A DNA stretch of 64,000 nt, from the sequence record MN850633.1; one strand, 5' to 3'. The notes beneath the pieces were generated by a model. That model ran no database searches, was not told the origin of the DNA, and saw only the letters and a list, made by a program, of their open reading frames with translations. Below are positions 63,068-64,000 of this stretch, in pieces. Numbering within the stretch: position 1 is the first letter of the stretch; every line of letters begins with the position of its first letter. The translations under genes were made by a program, and so were the position numbers. Source of the stretch: Escherichia phage allfine.

Positions 63068-63967
63068 TTAATCAAGGTTTGCTACAGTAACTTGACCATA
63101 ATGTGTTAAGCCACGGTCTTTAGCTTCCCCTAAAGAGTTTGTAGTGTAAATGTGGTCAATACCATTGTCAAGAAGGTTTTCAACACCTTTAGAGAAGATA
63201 CCATGTGTTACATAGAGTTCCACACGTTTTGCACCTGCTTCACGAAGATGTTTAGCTGCTTCTATGAATGTTCGACCACCATCACAGATATCGTCGAGAA
63301 TCATAACAGTTTTATCGGTCAAATCAACATCATCAAGGATTCGCATACCAGTAATTTCACCAGTCTTAAGGTTACGTACTTTAGACATTGTGATGTATGG
63401 TTTATCCACCTCTTTAGCAGTCTCTGCAATCTTCTTAGAAGCACCTGCATCTGGGGCTACTAAGTAATCAACCAGAGGGTCATTCGCATAGTGAACTGCG
63501 ACTTCCTTTTGAGGAATGCTTTGGAAGCAGTTAAATAGGTTGTCTGGTACATAACTGTGAGGGTCAACTGCACAGACTGCACCAAACCCCATTGCATTAA
63601 CCTGTTTAGCAAAAACCTTCAAAGCTGCTGCATCACCTTTAAACATGTGACGGTCATATCGTGCATTTGGTAAGTAGTAAAAAATGACAGTCTTTAAGGC
63701 ATATTCATGAGGAACTAAATCATCAATTGCTTCTTTAGCAAGTGCCACAGCAAACAATGTGTCTTTATCATAACCTTTTACAATCATAATCACATTGTTG
63801 ATGGATGATGCTGCGTGAGCAGTAAAGTCAACAAGCTCTTGTGAAAAGTGTCCACCAATCTCACCAGAAGGGAACTGGATGAGGTTAAACTCTTCTTCAT
63901 GAGACCCTTTTGTCGGTGAATGAATTATAACACGGATAGATGTTTTCATAGTTTTACTCTCAATCAA
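63068..63967 (-). CDS. prs: ribose-phosphate pyrophosphokinase (PRPP synthetase)
   Basis: PRPP-binding loop VMILDDICDGGRTF; about 299 aa; true start may be internal Met. Confidence 0.75.
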   Translation of the reverse strand: MIESKTMKTSIRVIIHSPTKGSHEEEFNLIQFPSGEIGGHFSQELVDFTAHAASSINNVIMIVKGYDKDTLFAVALAKEAIDDLVPHEYALKTVIFYYLPNARYDRHMFKGDAAALKVFAKQVNAMGFGAVCAVDPHSYVPDNLFNCFQSIPQKEVAVHYANDPLVDYLVAPDAGASKKIAETAKEVDKPYITMSKVRNLKTGEITGMRILDDVDLTDKTVMILDDICDGGRTFIEAAKHLREAGAKRVELYVTHGIFSKGVENLLDNGIDHIYTTNSLGEAKDRGLTHYGQVTVANLD

Positions 63968-64000
63968 AAGTCACGAATGTCACAGCCATAGCTGTTTTGC

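Overview
This 64 kb window reads as a low-GC segment of a large tailed dsDNA phage with a contractile tail (myovirus-type); the gene content resembles Felix O1-like phages, but that attribution is from memory only. All calls are from reading the sequence and ORF track by eye, with no searches run, so coordinates of RNA and regulatory features are approximate (about +/-5 nt). Layout: (1) 1-7067, plus strand: early/nucleotide-metabolism genes (ATP-dependent DNA ligase, DHFR, thymidylate synthase) with two paralogous GGT-rich structured non-coding elements. (2) 7105-31913, minus strand: complete virion module (two tail fibres with His-x-His tips, baseplate, tape measure, tube, sheath, neck, major capsid, S49-type prohead protease, portal, large terminase). 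(3) 31004-35918, minus strand: about 27 tRNA genes interrupted by two protein genes and several tRNA-like or repeat elements. (4) 36084-37499: a vWA/MIDAS-domain protein. (5) 38203-44684, plus strand: small genes, a tandem Ig-like-domain protein and a GH24 endolysin. (6) 44730-46300: about 1.5 kb of non-coding DNA packed with TTAACAR heptamers. (7) 46338-52460, minus strand: 15 small genes, most preceded by one of two conserved ~90 bp cassettes. (8) 52500-52930: a second non-coding repeat array. (9) 52973-63967, minus strand: a TARG1/DarG-like macro-domain protein, spanin-like pair, HAD phosphatase, lytic transglycosylase, rIIB/rIIA-like pair, NAMPT-family phosphoribosyltransferase and PRPP synthetase. 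The most promising candidates for something undescribed are the macro-domain protein beside the NAD-salvage genes, the cassette-driven small-gene array, the TTAACAR array, and the vWA protein next to non-canonical tRNA-like elements.
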